From: an uncultured delta proteobacterium
Lineage (GTDB): Bacteria > Desulfobacterota > Desulfobacteria > Desulfobacterales > Desulfosalsimonadaceae
Assembly (NCBI GenBank): GCA_963826785.1
Contig: CAWGYD010000001.1
Coordinates: forward strand, 816,472 to 880,471
Length of the DNA: 64,000 nucleotides
Direction of reading: 5' to 3'
The translations under genes and the position numbers were made by a program. The notes under the pieces were generated by a model that was not told the DNA's origin, made no database searches, and saw only the letters and a list, made by a program, of their open reading frames with translations. Below, piece by piece: positions 26,625-37,266 of the stretch (position 1 is its first letter; the number at the start of each line of letters is the position of its first letter).

Positions 26625-29150
26625 TCAGCTGCGCTTTTCCAGAATTTCCCGGACCTTTTTCGCGAATGCTTTGACGGAAAACGGTTTCTGAATAAAGTTT
26701 ACCCCTTTATTCAGTACGCCGTGTTGGGCGATGGCCTCGGCGGTATATCCGGACATGAACAGGTGCCGGATTCCCTGCTGTAGCGGCAAAATGGCCGCTA
26801 TCAGTTCCCTGCCGTTCATCTCCGGCATGACAACATCTGTGATCAGCAGATGAATCGGGCTCGTATGGCGTTCGGCAATGACGATCGCCTCGGAGGGCTT
26901 CTGGGTGGCAAGGACGGTATAGCCATATTTTTTCAGGATATTGACCGTCAATTTCAAGATTGAGCCTTCATCCTCCACCAGCAGTATCGTCTCAGTGCCG
27001 TTTAAGTGGTTCTCTTCCGGCTTTTCAGTTTGCGCAGCGGTTTGCCCGTCTGCCCGCGGCAGGTAAATCTTTGCAGTGGTCCCTTTTCCGGATTCGCTGT
27101 AAACATAGATGAACCCGTTGTTTTGCTTGACCACGCCGTAAACCGTGGATAGTCCCAGACCGGTTCCTTTGCCCACCTCTTTTGTCGTGAAAAAAGGTTC
27201 GAATATGTGTTCGATGATACCTCTGTCCATCCCCGACCCGGTGTCACTCACTGCGATCATGGCATAATCGCCCGGGACAAGGCCCGCGTGCGATTTGCAG
27301 TGAATCTGGTCGAATGAGATATTTGTCGTTTCGATAATCACCCGGCCTACCCCGGCAATTGCATCTTTCGCATTGACCAGGAGGTTGGCCAGGATCTGGT
27401 CCACCTGGGCCGGATCAATTTTCACCGGCCAGAGATTTACCCCTGGTTTCCACGCCAGCTCGATGCCTTCTCCGATAATTCGCCTGAGCATCTTGAGCAT
27501 ACCGGAAATGGTATCATTGATATCCAGTACTACGGGATTGATGGCCTGCCGGCGGGCAAACGCCAGAAGCTGACGGGTGAGGTCCGCAGAGCGCCTTGCG
27601 GCTTTCTGGATTTCCAGCAGGTCCTCATAGATCGGATCAGCTTGATTCGCCTGGTCTATCGCCATTTCAGCATGTCCGATGATGACCCCGAGCATGTTGT
27701 TGAAATCGTGCGCCACGCCTCCGGCCAGCCGGCCCACGGATTCCATTTTCTGGGCCTGGGACAATTTCGCCTCAAGAAGTTTGCGATCCGTAATGTCTTT
27801 GGTGATATTAAAAAAATGCGGTGCCCCATCCAAATCGATAATGGACAATGACATCAAGCCGTCGATGATTTCTCCGTTTTTCAGGCGGAAGCGAGATTCA
27901 AAATTTTTTACTGAGCCTTCTGTTTTCACTTTTTCAATGACCATTTCCCGGTCCCGGGGATTCTCCCAGATATTGATATCAAGGGCCGTTTTGGCGATGA
28001 GATCTTCTTCAGTGTACCCGGTCACATTATAAAATTCCTGGTTTGCCATTACCATCATGCCGTCGCTGCACCTGGTGATGGCAACCGGGTCGGGATTGGT
28101 CATGAAGACTTTTCTAAATTTTTCTTTACTTGATCGAAGTGCCATCTCAACCCGCTTGCGCTCGGAAACATCCCGGGTCAGGGCGAGGATGCTTTCGGGT
28201 TTGCCCTCGGCATCCCGGATAAAAGAGAACGTGTTTTCCAGCCAGACGACTGAGCCGTCCTTTTTGTATTCCTGCAGTTCCAGGACACGTGACCGGTTCG
28301 GGTCTGCTGTTCCCGATGCCTCCAGTCGCATCTCTTCATCAAACACTTCGTAAATGATCCGGAGCGACTCCGGGGTCATGATCTGATCCAGAGTCTGCTC
28401 CATGGCCTCTTCAGCAGTGTACCCGCGTACCCTGTAGATGGAGGGGCTGACATAGGTGAATCGAAGATTCATGTCGACTACGCTGATGACATTGGCCATG
28501 TGGTCCGCGATCAGCCGGTATTTTTCCTCTGATTTTTGCAGATCTTCCAGCAGCGCATCTTTTTGGGCGATAATTTCACTCAGCTGGGACCGGCTCTGGG
28601 CCAGAGATGAAATCAATCCGGCAAAACCGGCGTAGAATGTCTTGGCTTTTTCAATGGTTTCGCGTCCCCATCGCGGGACCTTTTCGAGAGCTGAAAGATA
28701 CTCGTTTTCATCAAAACCATACTGCTGGGCAGCCTTGCGAAAAAATTCGGTATCCGGCGGATCCTCTTTCAGAAAGAACTGCCCGATAAACAGGGTTCCC
28801 ACTTGCCGATTTTCCACAATGACGGGCGTGACCATATCCCACATGTGATTCCTGCAGCGATAGGATTTGAATTTTCCGGGCTCCAAATCAATTGTCAGCT
28901 GCGTGTCGCTCTCTATGCACTTTTTTCGGGTTTCAGGATGAATCCTGTGGAATTTTGAACAGATTTCCTGCCACCCGACAGACGCCAGAATATTGCCGGA
29001 CAGGTCGAGAATGGCCCCCCCGATGCGGGTGAACTGGTAAAAGTCCTCAATCATTGTCTGCAATGTTTCCGCATCGATTATATCTGAAAGGTTGAGCGGC
29101 GGGTCTTGCAGGCGGTCTGCCGTGTCTTTCATTCTGTTTGATTTACTCAT
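26625..29150 (-). CDS. Hybrid sensor kinase (PocR-PAS-PAS-HK-REC)
   Basis: ICSKFHR..CIESD PocR; AHDFNN; NAKDA, DTGSG, FFTTK, GTGLGL; C-terminal REC. Confidence 0.93.
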   Translation of the reverse strand: MSKSNRMKDTADRLQDPPLNLSDIIDAETLQTMIEDFYQFTRIGGAILDLSGNILASVGWQEICSKFHRIHPETRKKCIESDTQLTIDLEPGKFKSYRCRNHMWDMVTPVIVENRQVGTLFIGQFFLKEDPPDTEFFRKAAQQYGFDENEYLSALEKVPRWGRETIEKAKTFYAGFAGLISSLAQSRSQLSEIIAQKDALLEDLQKSEEKYRLIADHMANVISVVDMNLRFTYVSPSIYRVRGYTAEEAMEQTLDQIMTPESLRIIYEVFDEEMRLEASGTADPNRSRVLELQEYKKDGSVVWLENTFSFIRDAEGKPESILALTRDVSERKRVEMALRSSKEKFRKVFMTNPDPVAITRCSDGMMVMANQEFYNVTGYTEEDLIAKTALDINIWENPRDREMVIEKVKTEGSVKNFESRFRLKNGEIIDGLMSLSIIDLDGAPHFFNITKDITDRKLLEAKLSQAQKMESVGRLAGGVAHDFNNMLGVIIGHAEMAIDQANQADPIYEDLLEIQKAARRSADLTRQLLAFARRQAINPVVLDINDTISGMLKMLRRIIGEGIELAWKPGVNLWPVKIDPAQVDQILANLLVNAKDAIAGVGRVIIETTNISFDQIHCKSHAGLVPGDYAMIAVSDTGSGMDRGIIEHIFEPFFTTKEVGKGTGLGLSTVYGVVKQNNGFIYVYSESGKGTTAKIYLPRADGQTAAQTEKPEENHLNGTETILLVEDEGSILKLTVNILKKYGYTVLATQKPSEAIVIAERHTSPIHLLITDVVMPEMNGRELIAAILPLQQGIRHLFMSGYTAEAIAQHGVLNKGVNFIQKPFSVKAFAKKVREILEKRS

Positions 29151-29152
29151 TC

Positions 29153-32100
29153 TCAGGCCTCGATTACCTCCCGGACTTTGATCAGCAGCGTTTTTACGGA
29201 AAACGGCTTTTGAAGAAAATTAACCCCTTCATCCAGTACGCCATGGTGGACGATAGTGTTTGCCGTATATCCGGACATGAAAAGATGCTTCAATTCCGGA
29301 TATAGTGGCATAAGCGCATCCAGCAATTCTCTGCCATCCATTTCCGGCATCACCACATCCGTGACCAGCAGGTGAATATGCTCCGGGCTGCTTTTGGCCA
29401 GGACCATCGCCTCGCTCGGTTTCCGGGCCGCAAATACCGTGTACCCATGATTTTCCAGAATAGATTTTGCCATATTCAATATGGCCTCCTCGTCTTCCAC
29501 CAGCAGGATGGTTTCTGTACCGTTCAGTTGTGAGGCAACCGATCTTTTCGTTGCTGTTTTGACGGGTTGTCCTGCTCCGGGCAGATATATTTTGAAAACA
29601 GTCCCTTGTCCGGGTTCGCTGTAGACATTGATAAACCCGTTGTTCTGTTTGACAATGCCGTACACCGTGGCAAGTCCGAGTCCGGTCCCTTGTCCCACAT
29701 CCTTAGTAGTATAAAATGGCTCAAAAATGATGTCCCTCATTTCCTTGGGAATGCCCGAACCGGTGTCGCTCACTGCCATCATGACATATTTGCCCGGGAT
29801 GAAGCCGTTATGCGATTCACAGTAGATTTCGTCAAAAACCACTTTTTCCGTTTCAATGGTCACAGAGCCGACGCCTTTAATGGCATCTTTTGCATTGACC
29901 AGGAGATTGGCCAGGATCTGATCGACTTGAGACGGATCAATTTTCACCGGCCAGGGTTCCGGACATGGCAGCCACACCAGTTCGATGTCTTCTCCGATCA
30001 TCCGTCTCAGCATTTTCAGCATGCTCGAAATCGTCTCATTAATATCAAGAAGAACAGGCAGAGCGACCTGTTTTCGGGCAAACCCTAGAAGCTGCCGGGT
30101 CAGAAGCGCTGAGCGCTGGGCGGCATTTAAGACTTCCTGCAGTTCCCCGATGATGGGTCGGGTCAGATCCCTGCGCTCCAGCATCATTTCGGTATGCCCG
30201 ATGATAACGCCCAGCATGTTGTTGAAGTCATGGGCAATTCCGCCGGCCAGCCGGCCCACGGATTCCATTTTCTGGGCATGCCGGAACTGCTCCTGAAGCA
30301 CCCGCTGATCGGTGATGTCCCGGGCGGAGGACAATCCACCGACCGGTTCTCCGTTTTCATTTTTCAGCACCTTGCACCACCAGGCCAGAAGCCTTTTCTT
30401 CCCATCTTTCCGGCGCTGCCAGCTCTCCAAATGGATCACCTCCTCCTTGACGTCAAACAACGGCTGCGCCCGGTCATAGGTGTCCTGTTCCCCCTCGAAA
30501 TAGAACGCGGCTTCCCTGCCGATGACATCATCACCGAAAAAGGCATAGCCGGCCGGGTTCGCCCAGGTATAGACCTTGTTGATATCCACTTCCATGACAA
30601 TATCGGGAATGGCGGACAAGAGCGCTGCCTGGCGGCTGGTTAAGTTACGGAGCGTCTCTTCCGCCCGCTTTTGGCCCACAATCTCCCAGGTGGCATCTGC
30701 AAGATGGGAGATGATTTCGATATCCTTTTCAGTGTAATCCTCGGGCTTGTTGCCCACCCCCAGGATGGCAACGACGAGATCGTCCCTGATAATGGGGACC
30801 ACAAGCTCCCGCACGACGGTGGCGTGTCCCTCGGGCATCCCCTTTTTGTGCAAAAGGATATTATGATCGTTGTGGATGACCGGCCTGCGCGCATGAACGC
30901 AATCCACCCACACGCCGGCATTGTCGATGTCGTAATGCAACCCTTTGCCCTCGGCCTTGCAGAATTCATTCAGTGTGCGGGTGGACCAGGTCTGAAGCGA
31001 AATGGTTTTTTGGTCGGGTTCGAGAAAATGATAGAATCCGATGGGGCTGCGGGTCATGGAACCCAGTTCATCCAGTGTTTTCTGCAGCAGTTCCCCGAGA
31101 GAGTGGTCATTGGCATATTCCAGCAGGCAGAGTCTTGCATGGATCAGGTTTTCGATTTCACGCTCGCGAACCTGATCCCGGAATACCAGCACCACACCGG
31201 CAATCTCACCCTCGGCGTCCCGGATGGGGGCGCCGCTGTCCGTGATCGGGATCTCGTCTCCTGCTTTTGTGACCAAAAGGGTATGATTGGCCAGGCCCAC
31301 CACCCGCCCGCTCTTCAATACTTTTTGGATCGGGTTTTCCGCCATTTCCCGCGTCTTTTCGCTGATAATGCTGAAAACCGATTCGATGGGGTTCCCCTGC
31401 GCGTCCTTTTCCGTCCATCCCGTCAGCTGCTCGGCGATCGGGTTGATCCGGCGCACCCGCCCCTGAACATCCGTGGTGATCACTGCATCGCCAATGCTGT
31501 ATAATGTTGTCTTGAATTCCTCATGGGTCTCGACGCGCTCCTTCTCGGCGGCATAAAGTGCCTCGAATGTCCTTTTTCCCCTGTGCTTGTAGTAGAAAGA
31601 GAGACCGGCACCCGACAGAAGAATCAGCATGAGGGTGAGAAACCCGATCAGATAGGTCTCCCGGCGAACGTCCGCAAAGATCTCATCTGAATCGATTTTA
31701 CAGATCATGCACCAGGAGGCGCCCGGAATGCTGCGGATATCGGTCAGCACGGCCACGTCCCGGTAATCCCTGCCTTCAAACAGCCCGGTTTGCCCCATTA
31801 CCGCGCGGGTGGCGGGAAGGTCGGATGCCGACACCGGCTTTGTCAGGGAAAGGGGCGGTTCGGATCGATGGCGAAGGCGGTTCAAGAACAGCACGTTGTT
31901 GCCTTCTTTTCGCACCAGGAGGGATTCTCCGCTCCTGCTGGGCAGGGGCCAGGATTGAATCATCGGGTAAAGAAACGTTTCCGGGTTCACCCGCAGGATG
32001 AGAACGGCCAGCGGACGGTTTTGATCATCCATAATCGGCGCGGCCACATCCAGATGCACCTGGCCGCAGACCGGGCAGCGGAAGAAATCACCGAAGAAAG

Positions 32101-32575
32101 CATCATCGGAAGATACGGCAAAATGAACCAGCTCGAGGGACTGGGGCTCAAGTTTGGTCAGGCGGGGATCCAGGGAGAGCAGAATGCGGCCGTCAGGGCC
32201 GGCCAGCATTATATTTTCATAGTCATACATGTCCTGCAGCATGCTGAGGCCAGTCCGCATATCCGCGCGCAGGGCCGAATCATTCGGATGAAGGATGAAC
32301 TGGTGGACCGCATCGCGAACAAAAGGGGAGGCGGAATGAAGCCTTGCATCGGAGATGCGCTCTTTTCTCCATGAGATGATCTGATCGCTTTTCAGATCTG
32401 CAATGGCTTTCAGGTCGTGATATTTTTCATCCCTGATGAGGTCGGTTTCATGTTTCTGGAATAGATATCCGGCTGCGATAAATGCAATGGCAACCACGGC
32501 AAACAGCAGCATCAACCACCGTTTGGAATCGCCATCGTTTTCCGGTGGTGCCCGGTTTTCGCTGGTCATATCCAA
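29153..32575 (-). CDS. Membrane hybrid sensor kinase (Cache-like, PAS, GAF, PAS, HK, REC)
   Basis: Two TM helices, SIGDAVI PAS, GAF, AHDFNN, GTGLGL, REC. Confidence 0.93.
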   Translation of the reverse strand: MDMTSENRAPPENDGDSKRWLMLLFAVVAIAFIAAGYLFQKHETDLIRDEKYHDLKAIADLKSDQIISWRKERISDARLHSASPFVRDAVHQFILHPNDSALRADMRTGLSMLQDMYDYENIMLAGPDGRILLSLDPRLTKLEPQSLELVHFAVSSDDAFFGDFFRCPVCGQVHLDVAAPIMDDQNRPLAVLILRVNPETFLYPMIQSWPLPSRSGESLLVRKEGNNVLFLNRLRHRSEPPLSLTKPVSASDLPATRAVMGQTGLFEGRDYRDVAVLTDIRSIPGASWCMICKIDSDEIFADVRRETYLIGFLTLMLILLSGAGLSFYYKHRGKRTFEALYAAEKERVETHEEFKTTLYSIGDAVITTDVQGRVRRINPIAEQLTGWTEKDAQGNPIESVFSIISEKTREMAENPIQKVLKSGRVVGLANHTLLVTKAGDEIPITDSGAPIRDAEGEIAGVVLVFRDQVREREIENLIHARLCLLEYANDHSLGELLQKTLDELGSMTRSPIGFYHFLEPDQKTISLQTWSTRTLNEFCKAEGKGLHYDIDNAGVWVDCVHARRPVIHNDHNILLHKKGMPEGHATVVRELVVPIIRDDLVVAILGVGNKPEDYTEKDIEIISHLADATWEIVGQKRAEETLRNLTSRQAALLSAIPDIVMEVDINKVYTWANPAGYAFFGDDVIGREAAFYFEGEQDTYDRAQPLFDVKEEVIHLESWQRRKDGKKRLLAWWCKVLKNENGEPVGGLSSARDITDQRVLQEQFRHAQKMESVGRLAGGIAHDFNNMLGVIIGHTEMMLERRDLTRPIIGELQEVLNAAQRSALLTRQLLGFARKQVALPVLLDINETISSMLKMLRRMIGEDIELVWLPCPEPWPVKIDPSQVDQILANLLVNAKDAIKGVGSVTIETEKVVFDEIYCESHNGFIPGKYVMMAVSDTGSGIPKEMRDIIFEPFYTTKDVGQGTGLGLATVYGIVKQNNGFINVYSEPGQGTVFKIYLPGAGQPVKTATKRSVASQLNGTETILLVEDEEAILNMAKSILENHGYTVFAARKPSEAMVLAKSSPEHIHLLVTDVVMPEMDGRELLDALMPLYPELKHLFMSGYTANTIVHHGVLDEGVNFLQKPFSVKTLLIKVREVIEA

Positions 32576-33113
32576 ATCTCTCCTAAGGGTAAACTTTAAA
32601 TTTTATTATATATTTTTAATACAACTTAAGATTGGACAAAGTCAACGGGATAAAAAATAGTGAGGAGAAGCTGTCATCTTCTTCGTTACAAATATCACGA
32701 TTCGGATATGTTTGGTTACCCAAGCCGAACGACGAGACTGATGCGCCAATATACATCGGTGACCCACCTTACAGTCGGCAAGAGATGCCGCTATCGAAAA
32801 GGTCTGAGAAAGAATATCTGAAAAATCTCATTTCTCACACCAATGGTGATTTTGAACCAGCCATTAATATCTTCTGGCCTTTGCCAGTCTCACTTATATC
32901 ACCTGCACAAAAAATATGGCATCAAGCATCGATAAATTTAACCTGCGACCAGCAATCCTCAGATCTAAACATTGTTAATGTTTCCTTCCATATAAGAATT
33001 TTCCTGTTTAAAAGGAAAATTCCTCCCGAAAAATGTTTTTGAGGCTTGAACCGTGTTCTCTTATTTGTGATAAGTTATTTAATTTATTCTAATTACACTG
33101 AAATAAATTGGTT

Positions 33114-33129
33114 TGGCACAGGTTTTGTA
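33114..33129 (+). promoter_or_regulatory. Sigma54-like promoter (variant -12)
   Basis: TGGCACAGGTTTTGTA after an AT-rich tract. Confidence 0.5.
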
Positions 33130-33205
33130 AGTTTGTCCTTCAATCCATAGAATATCCTTTTGAAGCAGCAGCCGAACTTCATTGTACTTGGGACGGGAGA
33201 ATTTT

Positions 33206-34936
33206 GTGAAAACCACTTTTGCCAGAAAAAAAATGATTTTTCTGATTCGCCTGCTAGTGATCGTCACCACTGCTTATTTCATTCTTTTCACCCCTTCCAG
33301 CAACCAAATGCAATTTTGGGGCTATATCTTTATAGGGGTTTATGTATCAACCAACTGTTTGGTCGCGCTACTTCCCAATCGTCTTTTTTACCAGGATAAA
33401 TTATTTTACACGCTTATTCTCTGCGATAGCATTATGTTACCGGCAGGAATTTACCTTTCCGGGTATGTCGGGTCCGACTTATACCTGATGTATTTTTTCA
33501 TTATCTCACTGACCACAATGGGGGCTCGCTTTGAGTATTTAATGCTCAATACCATCATTTTTTCGATTATTTATGGATCAATTCTATACCAAAACGGGAT
33601 GCTGGCGGGTTTGTCTGCCGTTAGTTACGGCCTAAGGATACCATTTATCATTTCAATCACCACATTTTACGGCTTTCTCGTTACTACCCGGATAAAGGAT
33701 AAGGAAGACAAGATTCGTGAAATACAAGAAAGATATGAGCAGATCGTCCAGGCGACTGATGTGTTGATCTGCATTGTCGACGATAGAGCCAGACTGATCT
33801 TTGCCAATCAAAAATTCGTCACCATGTACAGCAGGGTAGAAGATAATAAAATTCTCGGAAAATTCTTCTCTGACTTTCATTCACCCGGGGATTCAAAAGA
33901 TACAATAGACTATATTCATGCGGTGTATCAAACAAACAAACAGGTTCAGTATGAAGCTTACGATCCATCAAATCAAAGATGGTTTTCAAATACGCTTAGT
34001 CCTGTAAGAAATCCCAATGATCGAAACGTTTATGCAGTCAGTATTATATCGAAAGATATTACAGAACGGATTAAAAGAGAAAAGCAGCTCAATGATACCA
34101 TCATACTGCTCAGACGGACCCGGGATCAGCTGATTCAAAAGGATAAAATGGCTGCACTCGGCCGTATGGCCTCCGGCATTGCGCATGAAATCAGGAATCC
34201 ATTGGAAATCATTTCCATGGGAATGGATTATATCGACTATAACATTCCGAATGATAACGTTATGCTTCGGCAATCCATAGAAAAAATCTATAATGCGATA
34301 ACCCGCGCCAATAACATTATCAGAGATGTTCTATCTTTTTCTCGAAAATCAATTGTAAAAATATCAAATATCCCACTTATTCCCCTGCTGGACAACACGC
34401 TTTCTCTTACCAAGCATAACCTGCGGAAAACCGGAATCACTCTCAAGCGCGAATACGCATCTGAAACAATGGAAGTCGCAGCGGATCACAATATGCTGCA
34501 GCAGGTATTTTTGAACCTGATCAACAATGCCGTTGATGCAATGCAAAACCGGGCAGAAAAACAATTAACGATTCGCGTTTACAAACAGAAAGTATATCAG
34601 ATCGACTATAAGGCCGGCCGCCGGCGATCCGATTTCTTTAAAATTGGGGATGAAATTGTGGTGGTGGAAATTTCAGACACCGGAAGAGGGATACCTAAAA
34701 GCGAACTTCCCAAAATTTTTGAACCATTCTTTACGACTAAATCTACCAGTGGGGGCACAGGATTAGGCCTCAGCCTCTGTCATATGATCATTGACAGATT
34801 AAAGGGCGTTATTGATGTCGAGAGCAGTTTAGAAAAGGGGAGTACCTTTTCTGTAAAGATTCTGCCTGCAACTAAAAAACCAAAGATCAGAACAGGAATT
34901 GAAAATGCAGCCCAAATGGAAAATCGTCTTAATTGA
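33206..34936 (+). CDS. Membrane PAS sensor histidine kinase
   Basis: 5-6 TM helices, PAS, AHEIRNPL, NAVDA, DTGRG, GTGLGL; GGGAGA RBS before GTG. Confidence 0.92.
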   Translation: MKTTFARKKMIFLIRLLVIVTTAYFILFTPSSNQMQFWGYIFIGVYVSTNCLVALLPNRLFYQDKLFYTLILCDSIMLPAGIYLSGYVGSDLYLMYFFIISLTTMGARFEYLMLNTIIFSIIYGSILYQNGMLAGLSAVSYGLRIPFIISITTFYGFLVTTRIKDKEDKIREIQERYEQIVQATDVLICIVDDRARLIFANQKFVTMYSRVEDNKILGKFFSDFHSPGDSKDTIDYIHAVYQTNKQVQYEAYDPSNQRWFSNTLSPVRNPNDRNVYAVSIISKDITERIKREKQLNDTIILLRRTRDQLIQKDKMAALGRMASGIAHEIRNPLEIISMGMDYIDYNIPNDNVMLRQSIEKIYNAITRANNIIRDVLSFSRKSIVKISNIPLIPLLDNTLSLTKHNLRKTGITLKREYASETMEVAADHNMLQQVFLNLINNAVDAMQNRAEKQLTIRVYKQKVYQIDYKAGRRRSDFFKIGDEIVVVEISDTGRGIPKSELPKIFEPFFTTKSTSGGTGLGLSLCHMIIDRLKGVIDVESSLEKGSTFSVKILPATKKPKIRTGIENAAQMENRLN

Positions 34937-35309
34937 TGATGAAGAGGATTTTTGTTTTTTTGTCCGGGAGAACCTGAAGAACAGCGGTCTTTTTGATGTA
35001 TTCATTGCAACAAACGGGAAATACGGCATCGGATTGGCAATAACAGAAAAGCCCGACATTATTCTTCTGGATCTGGTCATGCCGGACATGTCCGGGGAAG
35101 ATGTCGCAGATATGCTAAAAAGGTCACCGGAAACCTCAAGCATACCCATTTTATACCTCACAGCCCTGGCAACTGATGATGACATTGAAGATATTACCAT
35201 TGGAAATCGATATATTCTTGCCAAACCGGTAAGAACAAAGAAACTTATCGATACGGTTCAAAAAATTTTGTTGGATTCGCAGACGCGTTCAATCTCTATC
35301 TCGAATTGA
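34905..35309 (+). CDS. Single-domain response regulator
   Basis: IDDE, LLDLVMP, LTA, KP. Confidence 0.92.
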   Translation: MQPKWKIVLIDDEEDFCFFVRENLKNSGLFDVFIATNGKYGIGLAITEKPDIILLDLVMPDMSGEDVADMLKRSPETSSIPILYLTALATDDDIEDITIGNRYILAKPVRTKKLIDTVQKILLDSQTRSISISN

Positions 35310-35517
35310 ATTTTCATTTCCGTTTTTTACAGTTATGCGTGCGGGGTAATCGGCGTTTGTGTATACGTCATGAATTTTTCCAATCTTTCCTTCCGTATGG
35401 GAATTTTTCCTGCAACACAAGAAATCTGCTCCAAGTACAATTATTTCGTGATTGATTTTTCACGTGCTTATTGGAGTAACGATTTGGAAATACATAATGT
35501 TATTAATTTAAAAGTGT

Positions 35518-35533
35518 TGGCATAAATTTTGTA
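35518..35533 (+). promoter_or_regulatory. Sigma54-like promoter (variant -12)
   Basis: TGGCATAAATTTTGTA; same TTGTA variant as at 33114. Confidence 0.45.
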
Positions 35534-35577
35534 AGGTAGTCATTTAGGGAATGAAGAATTTTAACCAGGAGATCGAC

Positions 35578-36774
35578 ATGGCCCCTCAATGTGCGGAAGG
35601 AAAGCTGGAAAACATGGATGATAATTTGGCAAAGCAAGATGCATTGCCCGAAGAGACGTTTATTGGCAAAACCAGTGAGGTCAAGGAGAAGATCATGCCT
35701 GAATTGGCGTTTATAGAGAAAGAATCCCGGATCAGGAGCGCTAATCCGATAAAGATTTTGGTCGTGGACGATGAATCCGCTATTCGGAAAATGCTCACGC
35801 ACCTTTTGGAGAAGGAGGGGTATGACTGCGTTACCGCCGAAAATGCCGGATCAGCCATTCGCTACCTGTCCGCTCATTCGGTCGATATGGTGATCAGCGA
35901 TGTTTCCATGCCGGGAAAAACCGGGATAGAACTTCTAAAGCATATCAAAATAAACTTTCCGACGATTGCCACCATCATCATGACAGGGGTCGGCAGCCAG
36001 AATATTGCCGAAACTGCAATCTCCATGGGCGCATACGGCTATCTGTATAAGCCATTTCAGAAGCGCCAGGTCTTGGCCAATATTTCAGATGCATTACGCC
36101 GCAGGTCAATGGATCTTCAAAGCCAGTTTGAAATGGAGCATCTGGAGCAGATCATCGATGAAAATAAGCGCGATCTCTCCACCTTTAATGATAAAATCAC
36201 AAAAATTCTTGAGAGCATCATCCGGGCCATGTCCATGGCAATTGAATCAAGGGACCCATATACCGCCGGTCATCAGCACCGGGTGGGAAGACTGGCTGCG
36301 GTGGTCGCTTCTGAAATGGGTTTTTCCGAGGAACAGACCCAGTATATCCGAATGGCCGGCATTATTCACGATTTGGGCAAAATTTCGGTGCCGGCCGAGA
36401 TCCTGAGCAAGCCGGGCAGGCTCACCGAATCCGAGATGAACATCATCAAGGACCATCCCCGGATCGGCTATCAGATCTTAAAAGAGATCGAATTTCCTTA
36501 TCCCCTGGCCCAGATCGTTTATCAGCATCATGAGCGGATAGACGGTTCAGGATACCCCCAGGGACTTACCGGAGACGAGATTCTCCCCGAATCCAAAATC
36601 CTGGCGGTGGCGGATGTGGTGGAGGCCATGATGTCGCACCGGCCCTACCGGCCATCTCTGGGGATCGAGGCGGCCCTTGGGGAAATTAAGAAACACAGGG
36701 GCGTATGCTTCGATCCGGCGGCGGTGGACGCTTGCTGCCGGGTATTTTCAAACGACAGCTTTCAATTCGAATGA
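35578..36774 (+). CDS. REC-HD-GYP cyclic dinucleotide phosphodiesterase (RpfG-like)
   Basis: REC; RDPYTAGH, HDLGK, HHERIDGSGYP, ADVVEAM..RPYR. Confidence 0.95.
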   Translation: MAPQCAEGKLENMDDNLAKQDALPEETFIGKTSEVKEKIMPELAFIEKESRIRSANPIKILVVDDESAIRKMLTHLLEKEGYDCVTAENAGSAIRYLSAHSVDMVISDVSMPGKTGIELLKHIKINFPTIATIIMTGVGSQNIAETAISMGAYGYLYKPFQKRQVLANISDALRRRSMDLQSQFEMEHLEQIIDENKRDLSTFNDKITKILESIIRAMSMAIESRDPYTAGHQHRVGRLAAVVASEMGFSEEQTQYIRMAGIIHDLGKISVPAEILSKPGRLTESEMNIIKDHPRIGYQILKEIEFPYPLAQIVYQHHERIDGSGYPQGLTGDEILPESKILAVADVVEAMMSHRPYRPSLGIEAALGEIKKHRGVCFDPAAVDACCRVFSNDSFQFE

Positions 36775-36986
36775 TCATCAAAAAAGATCAGCGGATCAAG
36801 ACCATTTTCGACAGGCATCAGCTGTTTGACCAGGTGAAAGCGGTTATGAACGTTGAAGTATAAGCATAATTTCTTGCTCTCGGATCATCAGGGAAACATG
36901 TAATTAAGGGCTTTGCGATTGCGGTATGTGTTTTGTCTCTATTTCGGTTCAGCTTATCTTTAGAGTTGGTGTAACAGGAGGTAACC

Positions 36987-37241
36987 ATGGATGATGGTTC
37001 TGAAAAACAAAGAGTTTTAATTTTCACCCGTCAATTTGAGATTACGGGCAACCTTCATATCCTATACGGGGTCAGGCTGACCGACTATATGAATGAGTCA
37101 AAAGAATTCATAGCGTTAACGGATGTTGAAGTAAAACGTCCAGATAGTGAAGCGGTCGTATCCTCGTCTTTTTTAAATATAAATAAAGCAGATATTGAAA
37201 TTATCATGCCGGCGCATTTAGTGACGCAAACCACTCCCTGA
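36987..37241 (+). CDS. Small conserved protein (DUF6812-like)
   Basis: ITGNLH..RLTDYMN..FIALTD; GGAGGT RBS. Confidence 0.65.
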   Translation: MDDGSEKQRVLIFTRQFEITGNLHILYGVRLTDYMNESKEFIALTDVEVKRPDSEAVVSSSFLNINKADIEIIMPAHLVTQTTP

Positions 37242-37266
37242 TGATGGGCAACTAAGGACACGTTCC

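Noticed and set aside
26625..30300. Diversity-generating template/variable repeat between the two hybrid kinases
   Set aside because: The similarity is ordinary paralogy of HK-REC domains and no reverse transcriptase is present.
32632..33042. 136-aa ORF or structured RNA between the divergent kinases
   Set aside because: TTG start with no RBS or motif; the short hairpins match no RNA family I recognise.
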